Shown: one piece after another, positions 62,212-64,000 of the stretch
Numbering within the stretch: position 1 is the stretch's first letter
How the letters are laid out: every line of letters begins with the position of its first letter
Assembly (NCBI GenBank): GCA_049518535.1
Contig: JBEKRS010000019.1
Coordinates: 12,033-76,032 of the forward strand
Direction: 5' to 3'
DNA length: 64,000 bases
Source of the DNA: Terracidiphilus sp.
GTDB lineage: Bacteria > Acidobacteriota > Terriglobia > Terriglobales > Acidobacteriaceae
Translations under genes and position numbers: made by a program
Notes under the pieces: model-generated
Told to the model about the DNA's origin: nothing
Database searches by the model: none
Seen by the model: only the letters and a program-made list of their open reading frames with translations

Positions 62212-62715
62212 GTGTCATATCAGAACAAGACTTTCGTTTCATTCGACGGGGATACCGACATCCATTACTACCGCCTTATGACGGCCTGGAAACAGAACGA
62301 CAACCACAACTTCAACTTCTACAACGCACATGACCTCAATACCGCACGAGACTCAAGCGCTGAAGAGTCTATCAAAGCACAACTAGCTGAGCGTCTGAGA
62401 AACACTAAAGTATTCGTGCTCTTGGTGGGGCAAAGTACACGTTATCTCTATAAATTCGTTCTCTGGGAGATCGAACAGGCTCTTAAGAGAAATCTGCCTA
62501 TCGTTGTCGTGAATCTCAACGGAAAAAGATCTATGGACAACGAACGCTGTCCTTCGTTGCTGCACAATACCCTAGCGATCCACATAAGTTTCAACGCAGC
62601 CATAATGCAACGCGCTCTTGAGAGCTGGCCCGTATCAGACGCCTCCCTGAGAGCCCAAGGCAAGGGTGGACCCTACTACTATACGGACGATATTTATAGA
62701 GGGCTTGGCCTATGA
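62212..62715 (+). CDS. TIR-like domain protein (Thoeris ThsB / DUF1863-like)
   Basis: TFVSF, FNFYNAHD, LVGQST, WEIEQA with catalytic-type Glu, PIVVVNL. Confidence 0.8.
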   Translation: MSYQNKTFVSFDGDTDIHYYRLMTAWKQNDNHNFNFYNAHDLNTARDSSAEESIKAQLAERLRNTKVFVLLVGQSTRYLYKFVLWEIEQALKRNLPIVVVNLNGKRSMDNERCPSLLHNTLAIHISFNAAIMQRALESWPVSDASLRAQGKGGPYYYTDDIYRGLGL

Positions 62716-63632
62716 GCGCCGCAAGAGTTAGTTATTACCTTAGGACACTCGGCCGAAATGTTCTTTCTCTTAGGGGAGCCTCTGCGCTGCTGAGTTCACT
62801 CGGTGTCCTTTATACAGTTCTGAAATGAGCGGACTACTTTAAAATCGCGAAACAAGAAGATGTTCAAGCCTACTGGTGGGTGTTCTTCGGCGCGGGGTTG
62901 GTGGGAGCGATCTGGGTATGTCGACCAAAGCTCGCAGTCGAATGCAAACTGAAGGATCGCGACACTGCTATCGAGATCGCAATAGGTAACTTGTTTTCTT
63001 TTGAAGGTGCAATCATTGTGGGCACGAACACAACCTTCGACACCCAAATATCCCAGGAGCAAATCAGCGAAACAAGCATCCAGGGGCAGTTTACAAGAAG
63101 ATTCTACGGTGACCATACGTCGCTAGACCGCGAGTTGGGCCTCGAACTCAACGATATTGAGTTCGAAAAACTCGAAGAAAAGCGAGTAGGAAACACGAAA
63201 CGCTATCCTATTGGCACTGCTGTGAGGCTCAAGCCAAAGGATAGAACGGGATACTTTCTGGCAATCTGCCACGTCAACAAGAATGGGGTTGCATCGGGCA
63301 CGTTTGATGACTTGAAAGAGGCGCTTGGGCAACTTTGGATTTTTATCGGGAACCGAGGACAGAAGGAGCCGTTGGTAATGCCAGTCCTCGGCTCTGGCTT
63401 CACACGGCTTAAGCAATCTAGGCAAGTTATCACTCAAGAGATCATTAAGTCATTTGTCGCTGCATGCTCCGAGAAGACATTTTGTGACAAGTTGACAATC
63501 GTCCTCGACGAGAAAGACGTGCTCAAAAACAAGGTTGATCTCGGAGCGCTTGGGGAATATCTCAAGCACTTTTGCACCTATACTGAATTCACTGCCAAAA
63601 CAACCGAAAGAATAGGAACTGCTGTACCCTAA
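62712..63632 (+). pseudogene. Two-TM plus Macro-domain protein (Thoeris type II ThsA-like), interrupted by in-frame TGA at 62826-62828
   Basis: ATG 62712 overlaps the TIR stop (ATGA) and is in frame with track ORF 62880-63632; Macro-like IGNLF..GTNTTFDT, YPIGT, PVLGSG. Confidence 0.72.
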
Positions 63633-63645
63633 TGCCGTGCCGAGT

Positions 63646-63797
63646 TCCCCATCCTTGACGCAGTTTCATCGCGGCAAGGGTGGGAGACCAATCACCCCAG
63701 CCGTCAATTCTCCCGTAGGGAGAATACGAAAATAGCCCAGGGTAAAGCGCAGCGCAACCCTGGGTAAGCATCCCAAAAATCCCAAGCATCCCGTAGG
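63646..63797. repeat. Cluster of REP-like palindromes
   Basis: CCCATCCTTG/CAAGGGTGGG stem 63648-63684; CCCAGGGT/ACCCTGGG stem 63736-63764; direct repeats CCCGTAGG and AAGCATCCC. Confidence 0.6.
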
Positions 63798-63878
63798 ACC
63801 GCTGCGAAAACCAACTTCAACACCCGATGCCCCAACCCCGAATCTTCTGACCTGGAAACCCTGCATCAAACCCACATC

Positions 63879-64000
63879 TTAGGCGTTCCACTGCAACAAA
63901 AGGTCCGGCTCCTGCTCTTCGTTGCTTTCGCCGTTCGTGCGGTCGATCACGGAAAACCCATGCTTCTCGTAGAACCGACGCGCGAGTTCGTTTCGTTCGA
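63879..64000 (-). CDS. GNAT acetyltransferase, C-terminal part (runs off window edge)
   Basis: Reverse strand reads RNELARRFYEKHGF...EEQEPDLLLQWNA*. Confidence 0.8.
   Translation of the reverse strand, partial: ERNELARRFYEKHGFSVIDRTNGESNEEQEPDLLLQWNA

Noticed and set aside
62826-62860. TGA in the ThsA-like gene as selenocysteine
   Set aside because: No convincing SECIS hairpin after the codon, the position is a TM linker, and no sel genes are in the window.

Overview
Bacterial, GC-rich window; gene content and style suggest Acidobacteria (Terracidiphilus/Acidobacteriaceae-like, inferred, not searched). Left to right: partial pfkA, acyl-CoA ligase and acyltransferase; an argR-C-B-D-F-G-H-(GNAT) operon with tandem ARG boxes and a 20-codon relic of a canonical argG in front of a long-type argG; hypF divergent from a Ni transporter and hoxEFUYHW (bidirectional NAD-linked [NiFe] hydrogenase); hom; a multicopper oxidase, a Cys/His-rich RAPP-ending leader ORF and a TonB-dependent receptor; housekeeping and envelope genes (cobB, qor, GT2, Mrp, ltaE, uvrA, pyrE, GH30 xylanase, OmpA, uvrC, M1 peptidase, kdsD, TlpA, esterase, DegP, ABC-F); and at the right end an AT-richer TIR + TM-Macro pair resembling Thoeris type II, whose effector carries one in-frame TGA. 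No rRNA, tRNA, CRISPR array, integrase or transposase was recognised. Best leads: the RAPP leader/TonB receptor module, the Thoeris-like pair with its stop codon, and the argG relic.
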